NCBI GenBank assembly: GCA_004764695.1
Contig: SMSO01000025.1
Coordinates: 744,001 to 808,000, forward strand
Source: Schizochytrium sp. TIO01
Taxonomy: Eukaryota; Protista; Bigyra: Labyrinthulomycetes
Length of the DNA: 64,000 nucleotides
Direction of reading: 5' to 3'
Shown: piece after piece, positions 1 through 11,204 of the stretch
Layout: every line of letters begins with the position of its first letter
How positions within the stretch are numbered: the stretch's first letter is position 1
Translations under genes and position numbers: made by a program
Notes under the pieces: model-generated
Database searches by the model: none
What the model saw: only the letters and a program-made list of their open reading frames with translations
What the model was told of the DNA's origin: nothing

Positions 1-1699
1 GGAGAAACCTCCCCTCGAAAGCAAAACTTTTATTTCCGATAGTAGTCGTACGTAGGTAGACCAGTAGGTAGATATTTCCAAACTTATCATTTATCATCTC
101 TATTACTTTTTAATTCATTGCAAGACTGCCTAGATAGATGGTAGCTAATAGTAATAAGTATTGAGGTCAAAATTTGTTTTCCTTGAGCCTACGCCTATTG
201 TTTCCGGTATCCGCCTTCTACCTCCGCCTTTGATTTACAGATGGGGAAAGGAGAGTCTAAAAGAGACAAAGAGAGATTTTCCCGTCCGAAGAAAGAACTT
301 GTGCCAACGTTTCTTCAAAAGAAGAGACAGAATCCATCATAGTCAGGCACGTTTTCAACCTATTCACCTCGCTTGAAACAAGCAAACACTGAAGCAAGCG
401 AGTAGATAGATGATGGGATATCCAGATAAATAACTAAAGAGGCAGCTAAACAAATGCTGAAAAAACGAAGTAACTAAAGAAATAAAAATAAAATAAAAAT
501 ACTAGATAAAGTAGCCAAAGCAGCGAGGGCGCAAGCAAGCCAAACTGAAAGCCCAGAAGCTGAAAAGCATAAAAGCAAGCGAGCCAACGGGAGACGGTAA
601 TGGCACAACTTGGAGTCCAAAGGCCCCGGTGGAGCTCGAGTTCGCTGATCACTACGGGCGGTCATCCAGTTTCACGCTGATTTCGACCGCCGCCAAAGGT
701 CCCCTCGCCACAGCTGCAGGCGGCCAGAACACAGAAAGAAGGAAAAGAAGAGAGAGAGACCAGGACGGGGTTCCTATAGAAACGCATAGGTACTGTTAGC
801 CAGATGTATCATCTGCTCTACTGCTGGTTCTTTTTAAAAAGAAGCCATTTATTAGTATTATCATTAAAAGTTGTTTTATATATTTATTTTATATTTATTT
901 TGAAGGGAAAGAAAAATAAGAAAAGGTTAAATAAGTTAATCCTCTATATTATAGCTTATTTTAAAAAATAACAAACAGAGGAAATGAGAATTATTTTGAG
1001 CTGAAGAGGAGCAGGCGAATATCAGGGCTGTGTTATTATGGAATGAGCCTGTGGCCTTTCTTGCGAGGGATAGTTTTGCTGAGAGTTGAAGAAGACTAGG
1101 CGCCTACATTTCTGGCGTGTTTGAGGATGAGGATGTGGACGATGAGACCCCGTTTTTCTATTCACGATTACGAGTTTACGCGCGAGAATTCTGTGTTCTA
1201 CTTTTTTTTTTCTTTTTTTTTTTATAAAATCAGAACGGACTAGAAACGAGAAAAGAGCGCCAAGAGGCCGTTGAAAGGAAAACACGACTCATTGCAAGAT
1301 TGACGAATTGCTTGGTTCATTCATTCATTCATTCGCATATTATAATTAAAACACGGCTCGAGGTTTGTATATTCTTCGCACTGACAGGCCGGCATCTCGG
1401 GAGCCGTTCTCCAGAGGTATAATCAGGGAATCAAGCCATTAGTTCTGCTGCAAATGCAAGCGAGGGATGGTACGAAGAAGGAGGGGGAAAAAAGAACACC
1501 CGTCTTCAGTTCCATTCTCTTGTTCTCCATAGCAACAAGAACAATAAGGACGAAGGTTGAAATTACACTGTATTACTTTGATATATTTTACTTTAGTCAC
1601 GGATTTTGCTTTACTTTGGTTTATTTTGATTAGTTTACTCTAGTTTATTTTACTTTACCTAGTTTTCTTCAGTTTTCTTCACTTTCTTTTGGTTTTTTT

Positions 1700-1780
1700 T
1701 TTGGTTTGGTTTAGTTTAGTTTATTTTGGTTTAGTTTACTTTAGTTTGGTTTAGTTTGGTTTAGTTTGGTTTAGTTTACT
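1700..1780. repeat. Pentamer SSR (TTAGT/TTGGT)n
   Basis: ttagtttggt repeated; directly visible. Confidence 0.85.
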
Positions 1781-3259
1781 TTCCTCACTCTATGAGGCTA
1801 AGTAAAAAGAAAGATTGATCTGTTCTGCTGTCTAAAAGCAAAGAAAGATGTAAAGTTCGCGCTCCCGAGGCATGCAATTTAAGGCTCAGAAGGCGAGCAA
1901 TCGAGGATAATCCAATCGATGCATGCAAAGAAAATCTGTCGCAAGGAATCGATGGGGCGGCAGAGCGGGTCCCGTCCTCCTCAGACGTTTACTCCTCTCA
2001 GGCCGCCCTCGGAAAGGCCGCCCTCGAAAGCAGCGACCCTCCAGAGGTACTTACTTATTACTCACTCACTACTCAGAAGGAGGGGAAGGAAAGAAACCAC
2101 CTCTTCTATGCGATAGAGAGCTGATGAGGTTTCATTTCCACGTTTCATGCTCTCTATGCATAGTATGTGTGGTGGCATAATACGATAAAGTTAAATTTAC
2201 ATGAGATTAGACTTAAATCAAACAGCATTATTCCATCGTCATCTTTAAAGTTAAAAAAATAATCTTTTAATTAAAATAACGCAATGAAAGTTGAGCGTGA
2301 ATTGTTGTACAAAATGTAACCTTTCGTTTTCTCTGTAGTAGAGCTGGAGGAAGAACAAGCAAAAGCAATGCAGAGACGGGCGAACAGAATTCCGCAGTTC
2401 GCCTGATCGAGCGTTGCCTGCGGAAGCTCTTCCTGGGCCTCGACTGCTCTGGGTTCTTCCGGCCGAATCGCCTTCAGCGGCCTCTTCTGCAGGGCCTGTC
2501 TGTCTCATTAGGCACCCTCTGAGAGGCCATGTGCTCGCTCTCCCTCCCTCGCTTAAAGAGTCGCATTCGGTCCATTTCCGCGTGCACGAAGAGGAATTAA
2601 AAAGAAGAGAGAATGTGTAATGTGTGTGAGAGAGTGAGTTTTTATTTTTAGTTTTATTTTGATAATTAAAATGTAACTTAAACTGAAAAAAATTAAAAAC
2701 TTTTTTAAAAAATAATGGAATTTTCAAGATTGAGAAGGAAGAGAGGAAGAGAAAGAATAGTACAATAAAAATTGATTATCAAAGTTAATGAGTATATGAG
2801 TGTTTTATTTTATACATGTGTAGGTCTTATTAGCAGGAAAGCGAAAGAGAGGCTTCGAAGAAGAAGAAGAAGAAGAAGAAGAAGGAGGGAGAAGCGAGAA
2901 GCGAGAACGCAGCAAAAGCCAAACCAGAGTATTGACCGATCGAGGCAGCAACAGCGGCTCCCAACTCAAGGAGCTTTGTTCCGCGGTGGTGCTTGATTGC
3001 TTGACTGCTTACTCTGTTGCGCTGTTAGCTAGCTAGCTAGCTAGCGGTGTTCGCTTGTTTACTTTGTTGGTTTGTTACTTTTACTTTTGTTGGTTTGTTT
3101 TCATTCAATATCGTCCAACTTTGGTTTCATCCATTCACCTATTTCATCCATCCATCCAGCCGCCTCGCAGCTTCGCAGCGCCTAGCCCTTACTCCTCCGG
3201 GACACGCTCGTGAGGAACGGCCAGCCAGGAGACTTCAAAGCACTACGGTAGTGCGACAG

Positions 3260-3963
3260 GTACGTCACATACAGAGCTGCAGCGTAGCTAGCAGCAGCGG
3301 ATCGCGTGAGACGCAGGATGCAGGCATGTGTATTATTGATTAATCTATCTCTTTGCCCAGTTTAGGTGCACCAAACTCGCGTATTCGTACTCTGATGGCG
3401 ATGGTTATAGGTGCACATTGGGCGTGGGAGGCCAAGGAGGACGAAACGAGGGACGAGAGAAAGCACATGTATCTACGTCGTGGTAATCCTCACTGTCCTG
3501 AGCTGGCCTGGGTGCGATCGATGCTGTTGCTGTGCTGCACAACTATTGAGGTGGGCTAGCTGGCTTGCTAGGAGTATTATTAGGAAATGAGCTACCTGGT
3601 TAGTGTGAAAAGGGGTGCGCACCAAGGAGGCTTGCTATTTTGCACTATAAGCACTGCTTGGAGTAGCTCTTGTGCTGTGTTTGCTTTTGCTTTGTGCAAA
3701 AGTAGCTGCATCAGCATCTAGATCGTGGGTGGCATTGCGTTTCATGGCCTTGACCCTGGGGGAGAGGAGTGTCAAGGGGGGGAAGAGAAGACAGAAATTC
3801 CATGAATGGACAATAGAGACTAACTTTTGGTAATCGGATGACCATCAACTTAATCTCGAACGCGGTGTACGAAATTGGATTGATTCTGTCATTTGGTGAA
3901 CGGCGTAACAACAGAGATACTTTGATAAGCAGTTCGTAGAGTAGTTTAAAACTACATCAATAG
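3260..3963 (+). other. Putative 5'-UTR intron of the G-alpha gene
   Basis: CAG|GTACGT donor at 3260, the same donor hexamer as the intron of the neighbouring gene. Candidate acceptor TCAATAG ends at 3963, 7 nt before the ATG. No transcript evidence. Confidence 0.45.
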
Positions 3964-3970
3964 GTAAACA

Positions 3971-5107
3971 ATGGGTGCCTGCGGAAGCACCATCGATGAG
4001 GGCGACTCGAAGAACGCCGCGCTCGACCGCGAGCTCCGTCGGCAGCAGCAGACCGAGCAAAACAAGCTCAAGTTCTTGCTCCTCGGTGCCGGTGAGTCCG
4101 GAAAGTCTACCCTCTTTAAGCAGATGAAGATTCTTTTCACAGAACAGCACGGCTTCACCCAAACCGAGCTGGAAAAGGGTATCCGGGTTGTGTATAACAA
4201 TATTCTCGCCAACATTAAGATCCTTGTGGCTGCCTGTGACGCCCATACCCCGGCAGAGGACCAGGAGCTTGCCGATGAGATTCTTCAGATCGATGAGGAC
4301 AAGGACAACATTGACACTGAGATGGGCGAGAAGCTCAAGGCCATCTGGGAGGATGCTGGCGTCCAGTCCACTTGGATGCAGCGCTCCAACATTCAGGTCC
4401 AGGACTCTCTCTCTTGGTACATGGCCGAAATCGACCGTATCGCCGCTGATGACTACAAGCCCAGCAACCAGGATCTCCTCCGCTCCCGTGTGCGTACCTC
4501 TGGTATCGTCGAGGCTGAATTTGTTGTCAACGGTGTCACCATTGCCATGTTTGATGTCGGTGGCCAACGTAACGAGCGTAAGAAGTGGATCCACTGCTTC
4601 GACAACGTCACTGCTGTCATCTTTGTTGCTGCCATCTCAGAGTACGATCAGGTTCTCTTTGAGGATCAGTCAACCAACCGTCAGGACGAGGCCATCGCAC
4701 TCTTCCAGGAGATGTGCCAGTCCAAATGGTTCCGCGAGAAGTCAATGCTTCTCTTCCTCAACAAGCGCGATCTCTTCCGTGATAAGCTCCAGTATGTGCC
4801 CTTCAAGGTTGTTGATGGCCCCAGCCCTCGCAACGTTGACTACGATGGCCCCGAGGTTGAGCCCGGTACCCCGTCCGCTGAGGAGGGCACCCCGGAGTTC
4901 GAAGAGGTGTACAAGGCCACGACCTCCTACCTTATTGCTAAATACAAGGAGGCTGGCAACACCGATACTCCGGGTCGCATCAACTTGAACCGTGAGATTT
5001 ACGTTAAAATCACAGCTGCCACTGATACTGACCAGGTTGCCACCGTCATGACTGCCGCTAAGGACATTGTTCTTCGCGACAACTTGCGTACAAACGGCTT
5101 CTACTAA
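3971..5107 (+). CDS. Heterotrimeric G protein alpha subunit (378 aa)
   Basis: All G-boxes present: GAGESGKS (G1), RSRVRTSG (G2), DVGGQR (G3), FLNKRD (G4), TAATDT (G5 variant). Also KKWIHCFDNVTAVIFVAAISEYDQ and N-terminal MGACGS (Gly2 myristoylation, Cys4 palmitoylation). Strong C-ending codon bias. Confidence 0.98.
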   Translation: MGACGSTIDEGDSKNAALDRELRRQQQTEQNKLKFLLLGAGESGKSTLFKQMKILFTEQHGFTQTELEKGIRVVYNNILANIKILVAACDAHTPAEDQELADEILQIDEDKDNIDTEMGEKLKAIWEDAGVQSTWMQRSNIQVQDSLSWYMAEIDRIAADDYKPSNQDLLRSRVRTSGIVEAEFVVNGVTIAMFDVGGQRNERKKWIHCFDNVTAVIFVAAISEYDQVLFEDQSTNRQDEAIALFQEMCQSKWFREKSMLLFLNKRDLFRDKLQYVPFKVVDGPSPRNVDYDGPEVEPGTPSAEEGTPEFEEVYKATTSYLIAKYKEAGNTDTPGRINLNREIYVKITAATDTDQVATVMTAAKDIVLRDNLRTNGFY

Positions 5108-6248
5108 GCACAACACATCACAATCTAGACCACCTACATACTTTCCCTCCTACCTACCTATCTGTGCATGGATATTCATTACACTGACTAGGTGGCGCCT
5201 CTCTCCCTTTTTCCTCTGTGCTTTCATGGTGGCACGTATGGTGGCACCTCCTTCACGTCAGTACGAGGGACTCAGTCTCCCTTCTTTTGCAACTACTTTA
5301 CATACACACACCCATTTAAACCTTCACTCCCACATCCTACATCAATTTCAAGAAGTCCTCGAACCAGCTAACCTCGCGTCCTGTGTCCATTTTGCGCGTT
5401 TGAGATTAATCTGCAACTAGCTAGTCCTCAGTCTTAACTCTTCCTCCTCATCTGCAATCAACAAAAGTAAAAAAACAACTCGCTGTTCATCTTTTCATAT
5501 TCATTTTCGAAATTTATTTGCTTGGTACTACGATTTCTTGAGTGAATACCACCAACAAAGGGAACTTGTGTTCTCTTTTTTTATAATGGCGGGCGGACAG
5601 TTTTTACAAAGAAAACATGCTTGTTCTCTCTACGCCTGCTAGTTTGCATGCATTGTACATGTCTTTACTCAGGTCCCAGAAGTTTGCTTCCGCATAATCC
5701 AGAGAAAGGTCTGAAGCGAAGAAGCAGCGGCAGCGAGAGCGATCAAGAAACAAAAGGTACCACCAAGTATCAGTAAAGTTTCACCTTTCCCCCCCCCCAA
5801 CAAAAAAAAAACATAAAATGATACGAATTCGGTACACTTCCTCGTTTTAGTAGTACAGTGTCTATTTCGCGACACCAAGGCTCAATCCAATATTCGCCGA
5901 CAAGATTAATCATCAATAGCCTCATATAAAACTAGGTGTTGCTTGGAAGATGCTAAGTGCCTTGTAAAAATGGCAAGTTCAAAAGTACTCTTATTCTGTA
6001 CTACCATATTACTCTTTCAATAAAAGGTTGAGTAAATGAAAATTGAAATATTTGTTATCAAAGGGGATGTAATCTACAAACTTCGCGATGCAGGAAGAAA
6101 GAATAGATTCATGTACTGGTACCTGAATGCTAATCATCACAGAGATTTTGCAAAGCGCAGGTTCGTGACAATTCACAGGGGTTCTTTTTGTTGGACAGAA
6201 TTCTGAACAAACACATATTGAGACATATTCTCTGTAATCCCCGCATAT

Positions 6249-7556
6249 TTATTTAGTGTTGGACTTGTCGTCGGCGTTATCCAGGACGTGCATCACAAGC
6301 AAAGCGGCTACTGCAGTTACAGCGCCAAGAGCAGCAACCTTCACAAGGGGGGAAGCCCAGAGCTGAGAAGCTGTTGGCATAAGAGTCTTTGTAGCTTCCT
6401 TCTTACGAGGAACGACATTGACAATCTCGCTGGCAAGATCCTTTGCTTCAACCTCCTGCACACGCGCAAGTTGAATGCTTGACAGCAACCCAAGGACTTG
6501 TTGTGTAAGGCTGCCTTCGTCGTCGCCAGTCAAAAGCACGGCGTTCGATGCAAGGGATGACTCCACAAAGATTGTGCGTACCTCACAAGGGTCAAAGGTC
6601 TGGGCAGCCTTTTCAAGCTCACCCGACAAGGAAAGAATAAAGTCCGTAGGGTCTGTGGCTTGCGCAGTTTCTGGAAAGTTCGTCTCCAGTGCTCCCTGAA
6701 AGGCCTTATCGGATGCGAAGCGCTGTTTAGCAAGCGAAGATTTAAGATTAGAGCAGTTGGACACAATCAGGCAGATGGCCGTTTGACGTAAATCCCCAAT
6801 CGAAGATGCAGTGAAGAGTAAATGGCTTAGCCATTTTTCCAAAGCCTTGACCGAGGGTAGAGCAGAGCCATCCACCTCAGCTTCTGCAACAAAGATCAAG
6901 ACGCTCGGGTCAGCAGCAGCCATACGGATACGGCTTGCTTTGTTCTTCTTGCTGCTAGGGAAAGTTGTCGCAGTGACAGGATTTCCATCAGATAAACTCC
7001 CTGTAATGACCGTATCATTCTCAGAAACTCGGTCTCCTCCACTAGCTGAAGCATCGAGGCTTACACCAAGGGCCTCGCCAAGCTGTTTCGCCACGCGCCA
7101 GCGAGCTTGATTACAGTTATCTGTGTTTGGGCTCAAGATCACCACAGAGCATTCGTCACGAATTTGCTTTACACGATCAGCCCGGAGCTGCGCATCAATA
7201 CGAGCTGATGCTTCAATCTCCTCCGGGGTCGCTTCAGGCTCCTGTTTGAGTACGCATGTAAATGAGACATTCAGGTTAGTTGTCTTGATGGGAAAAACCT
7301 TTCCTGATTTAATCTTTCAGAATCAACCGTTTTTCAAGGCCACAGCACTACGTAGAGGCCTTCTTCGAAGTCAAGGCAGGTCAAGGTTCGCCTTACTTCG
7401 TTTTACAGCAAACACGCCATTTTCCATCGACCCTGTCGGTCTGCGCGGTGACGCTTTCGTTCACCGATCACACCCATACGAATCAAGAAAACCTCGGAAA
7501 ATCAGCTCTCCACGTACCTCGCCCCATCTACCAGCATAATCGTCGCGCTCCAGCAT
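6249..7556 (-). CDS. Two-exon gene, complement(join 6249..7241, 7518..7556), 343 aa; degenerate G-alpha-like (pseudo-GTPase) protein with C-terminal TM anchor
   Basis: The track ORF 6249..7145 extends 32 codons upstream to an acceptor (ACTAAC branch point ...CTCAAACAG|GAG at 7241). A phase-0 donor GAG|GTACGT at 7517 follows exon 1, ATG...GAG (MLERDDYAGRWGE). The spliced frame is continuous. The C-terminal hydrophobic helix is LVKVAALGAVTAVAALLVMHVL. G-alpha-like segments are listed under findings. Confidence 0.8.
7242..7517 (-). other. Spliceosomal intron (276 nt, phase 0)
   Basis: GTACGT donor, ACTAAC branch point about 35 nt before the CAG acceptor. Removing it joins two open frames; the unspliced frame has an upstream in-frame TGA. 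Confidence 0.8.
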
Positions 7557-8681
7557 AGTGTCCACACGTCGTCCAAACACGAGGCCCTTGCCTTTCGCTG
7601 CTTTTGTCTTATCTTAGAGCTTGGCACGAGAACTGGAATTGCACGCGATTTATCCACGTTGGCGATTCTTTTTTGATCTTTCTGAAACCCTCGCTTAATA
7701 TAAGTCCTGTTTTGGGTCACACACATAAGTGAGCTATTTGTCTATAACTCACTTATGCATACTTTTGTTTTCATTATTTCACAAGTAGACTATAGAAATA
7801 ACGCTCATATCTCTCCATACTCTAACCTATTAAAAAAAATGATTAGAAAAGAACTGGCTAAAACCTTCAAGCGAGCGAACTATCATTGCTTGTAGTGTAT
7901 TGTGGGCAATCGGCGTACGCTGCTGCTATTCCACTAGTATGCAAAGAAAGGTTTTGCTCTCTTGTAGCTACCCACATATGTAATTGCATCTAGGTTCTAT
8001 CGGTGCAAGTCAGAAAATGTAGAGTCAAGAATTTGTGTAGCAAGATTGGCCTTTTCTGTCCCGAGGACTTGATATTGTGTGCTTTAACTTGCCATGATTA
8101 TGTAAAAATCATGTGTGGGACTGCCATGGCATACTTCACCTCCCGACTGCGCCAACAAAGAATTAAAGGATTAATGGAAGTGCTGTGAAGTAAGTGCTTA
8201 TAAGAATAGTTAGTACTAGACATATACCTTCAACGAAGTAGAGTATTAATCTATATCTTACTTAGCCTAGTTAAATAACTCATTTGGAGCGCTGCACACA
8301 AAAGAAGCGCACACATGAATGAGACCATCTCTGCCATCGCCTTTGCACGCGCTGCGCCAGCCCATGCCAAACTCATATCCGACAGTCCTAAAAAGAAGAA
8401 GAGCTTTGGTGTAGCAAGCACATAGCCTTGAAGCCAGCGCTGCGAGAAGCTTCCAGCGCTATCTGCACTCTGCTTGGGCTGCTTCTCTGCAAGCTTGATA
8501 GCAGATTGAGGACTCAAGATTTGGTTTGCCCATCTCGCGCGAGCTGTGCAGCGAGAAAGCAAGATAAAACAACCTGAGACAAGCTAAATTCTCACGTCAG
8601 GGCATTGCAATCTCGTTTTGGATTGGGTCGAAGGCACCCAAGTTCGCTCGTGGGAACTGATTGACAAACTGTGTATGCGCC

Positions 8682-11204
8682 ATGGGACGTGGTGTGAGTG
8701 CAGTAGACTTCGATGATGTCTATGGGCATCAAGAAGATTCAGAATTCGAGGCTGTAAACCCAGCCTCTGGTGGGAGATATGCAGACAGTTTTGACTTATT
8801 TGGAGATAGCGAAACTACAGATGATGACGAGGAGGGTGGTCTAAATGCTGAGGCAGAAAGCATTCCCTCGGGTATCAGTATGCCACATGATCGCGCGTAT
8901 GGCAAAAAGAAATCCCGCCGTGACTCAAAAAAACGGAGTAGTTATCGGCGAGGTAAGCGATCTTCAACGGAGAGACCTCAACAAACATCAGACTCAATCC
9001 TTGAAGAGCATGAATTATTGATGGCTGATCTATCAGATGATGATGGAGATGTATTAAACGATGATGATGCAGATGATTTGATTCGCAAAAAGAACAGTTA
9101 CTGGTTTGGTGCCCACATGTTTCAAGGTGTCGGGGGTGGTGCCATGAGTTTAGGCATCATGGTCATCCTTGGTCTTCCCGCTTTACTCATTAACCTTGCA
9201 CCTGGAGTGTCGTATGCCTTATACGGACAGTTTTTCTTTATCCCTCTCTTTTTGTACATGCTAAGCTCAACCCCAGCATTTTTAGGTGCCCTCTTTGCGT
9301 TTATTATGCGAAGACTTGGACCACTGAACGGGTTTCCCTTCAAGGTTGGTACGTTGGCGGTTATTCCCTGGATTAAAGACTGGCATTTATATATCCGCGT
9401 GGTTGTGCAAGACGCTGCGTTTGGCAACCCTCCTGGATTCCCCTTCGAATGGTTCCTTACATGCGAGCGCCTTGATTTTGAGGGTAATGTGTCATTTGCG
9501 CATTTATGGAACTTTATGATTCGGCGTAAGGAAAAGGTGCCCTTAAGTAAAGTGCCGGATTTCGAGCGCTACATGAAAGTTGACTTTAACCATGTTGAAG
9601 TCACAAATGCAATGTGCAATTTCCAAATGTTTAATGGGAAATTTAACATTAATGAATTCACACGCATCCTTGCGGATGGTGATGTTCGCAATGTAATTGG
9701 TCGGTGGGCGCCTTTCCCAAATGAGCTCACTGTACGTGTTATTCGTGCTAAAAACCTGGCTCCTCATCGTCTGAAAAAGACCTGCGATCCTTATTGTATT
9801 GTTACATGTCGTAGGCAAACAGTGATGTCACACACCCAGACCACAACCTTGAACCCTATGTGGAACGAAACTCTTACACTTAATGTAGATGATGCCTCTA
9901 CAGTGATTGAAATTTCAGTATATGATCGAGATTCTCCAGAGGGAAGTCAATCGGCGCTGATTGGGCATTGGGCAATGACAACCAAATATTTGATCACAGA
10001 CCCCAAATTTAATTGGCATTATGATAAAGACTACAAGACCTATCGATACGGAAGTCGAAACAACACGGACAATGCGGCTGGATTTGAAGGTTGGATTCCA
10101 TTAGCTTCAAAGAAATGGAAAAAGATGGGCTTGTGTGGCCAACTTCAGGTTGAGGTGTTATGGAAGCACGTTCCCGAAGAGGAGCTTGTAAATCCGTATA
10201 TCCCTGCGCGAAGTTACACTGCACTTGAACAACTCTCGGAGCACTCACACGAGGACCAGCTCCGTTTCGGAGACTGGGCACGCTTTCGAGATTGGCTGAA
10301 CCACGAACCTTTTGATTTTGATATTCATCGGTTCACTGTTCGCGATACCAAGTTTTACGTACAGGATCTTTTCCGAGGCCATCAGGGAGTTCCTGAGCAA
10401 CTTGTTTTGAGTAATAGCAGTGTTGATGGTGCTGACGCTGTGAAGCTTCCGTTTCTAGAAATGCGCAAACAGTTCCGGCCACGTCCTGGCGATGAAGGCA
10501 TTACTTGCTATGATGCGTTTGTGGGATTTTTTGTGGGTCTCCTGACAAGCGCAGCCAGGAGTGGCAGACTTGGAAGCGCTATCGCGCAGATTCTTTCTGG
10601 TGGTATGTGGAGTTTTGGTAACAAATTTCGTAATCTCCTACGAGGAGAATTTGACAAGGCTTTGATCCCATTCAGGTCTGCACAGATTAAGGGCGTTGCT
10701 CGATTTGCACGCACTGGTCTCCATGTCCTTCATCAAAATGTAACTCAAAATCGTCGTAACCGGATCCAATTTAAAAATCCAGTGGAAGCGGATGATGCAG
10801 ATTTCTTAAGCGACCACGTAGAACTTTCGGGCCACTTAGACCGCTGCGCCGTGAAAACATCTGGAGACATTTCCAACTCAGAAATGGCATCCATAGCGCG
10901 TCGACCAGGCCTATTCAAGACCAAATACTTCGAACTGAAAGGAGACACATTATTTTATCGCAAGCACCAAGAGGTACCGAAAGGTGTAACCTATAACTTG
11001 ACGTACAAGCTCAGTCTTGATACTGTGTACGCTGCAGTGTACGTCAAGTCTCAGGGTGAGCTCGTTCTCAATGTACAAGAAGAATCCCACGTGGTTCGCC
11101 TCCGCGAACCAGCAGGTGGCTCCCCAGATCTCTTTGTTGTTCGCTTGCGCAAATGGATCAGGGCCCTTCGCGACCACGAGATTCCCTTCGAAGAATTTGA
11201 CTAA
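8682..11204 (+). CDS. Membrane protein (~840 aa): acidic N-terminus, TM hairpin, AsmA/RBG-like region with inserted C2 domain, C-terminal PH domain
   Basis: Long ORF; first ATG at 8682 (MGRGV...). Hydrophobic segments LGIMVILGLPALLINLA and FFFIPLFLYMLSSTPAFLGALFAFIM. C2 signature LTVRVIRAKNL...DPYC...TLNPMWNETL...ISVYDRD. PH-like ELSGHL...FKTKYFELKGDTLFY...RKWIRAL. Confidence 0.9.
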   Translation: MGRGVSAVDFDDVYGHQEDSEFEAVNPASGGRYADSFDLFGDSETTDDDEEGGLNAEAESIPSGISMPHDRAYGKKKSRRDSKKRSSYRRGKRSSTERPQQTSDSILEEHELLMADLSDDDGDVLNDDDADDLIRKKNSYWFGAHMFQGVGGGAMSLGIMVILGLPALLINLAPGVSYALYGQFFFIPLFLYMLSSTPAFLGALFAFIMRRLGPLNGFPFKVGTLAVIPWIKDWHLYIRVVVQDAAFGNPPGFPFEWFLTCERLDFEGNVSFAHLWNFMIRRKEKVPLSKVPDFERYMKVDFNHVEVTNAMCNFQMFNGKFNINEFTRILADGDVRNVIGRWAPFPNELTVRVIRAKNLAPHRLKKTCDPYCIVTCRRQTVMSHTQTTTLNPMWNETLTLNVDDASTVIEISVYDRDSPEGSQSALIGHWAMTTKYLITDPKFNWHYDKDYKTYRYGSRNNTDNAAGFEGWIPLASKKWKKMGLCGQLQVEVLWKHVPEEELVNPYIPARSYTALEQLSEHSHEDQLRFGDWARFRDWLNHEPFDFDIHRFTVRDTKFYVQDLFRGHQGVPEQLVLSNSSVDGADAVKLPFLEMRKQFRPRPGDEGITCYDAFVGFFVGLLTSAARSGRLGSAIAQILSGGMWSFGNKFRNLLRGEFDKALIPFRSAQIKGVARFARTGLHVLHQNVTQNRRNRIQFKNPVEADDADFLSDHVELSGHLDRCAVKTSGDISNSEMASIARRPGLFKTKYFELKGDTLFYRKHQEVPKGVTYNLTYKLSLDTVYAAVYVKSQGELVLNVQEESHVVRLREPAGGSPDLFVVRLRKWIRALRDHEIPFEEFD

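Noticed and set aside
3845-5116. ORFs 3845..4594 (-), 4188..4988 (+) and 4742..5116 (-) overlapping G-alpha
   Set aside because: Shadow ORFs from strong codon bias of the real gene; no motifs.
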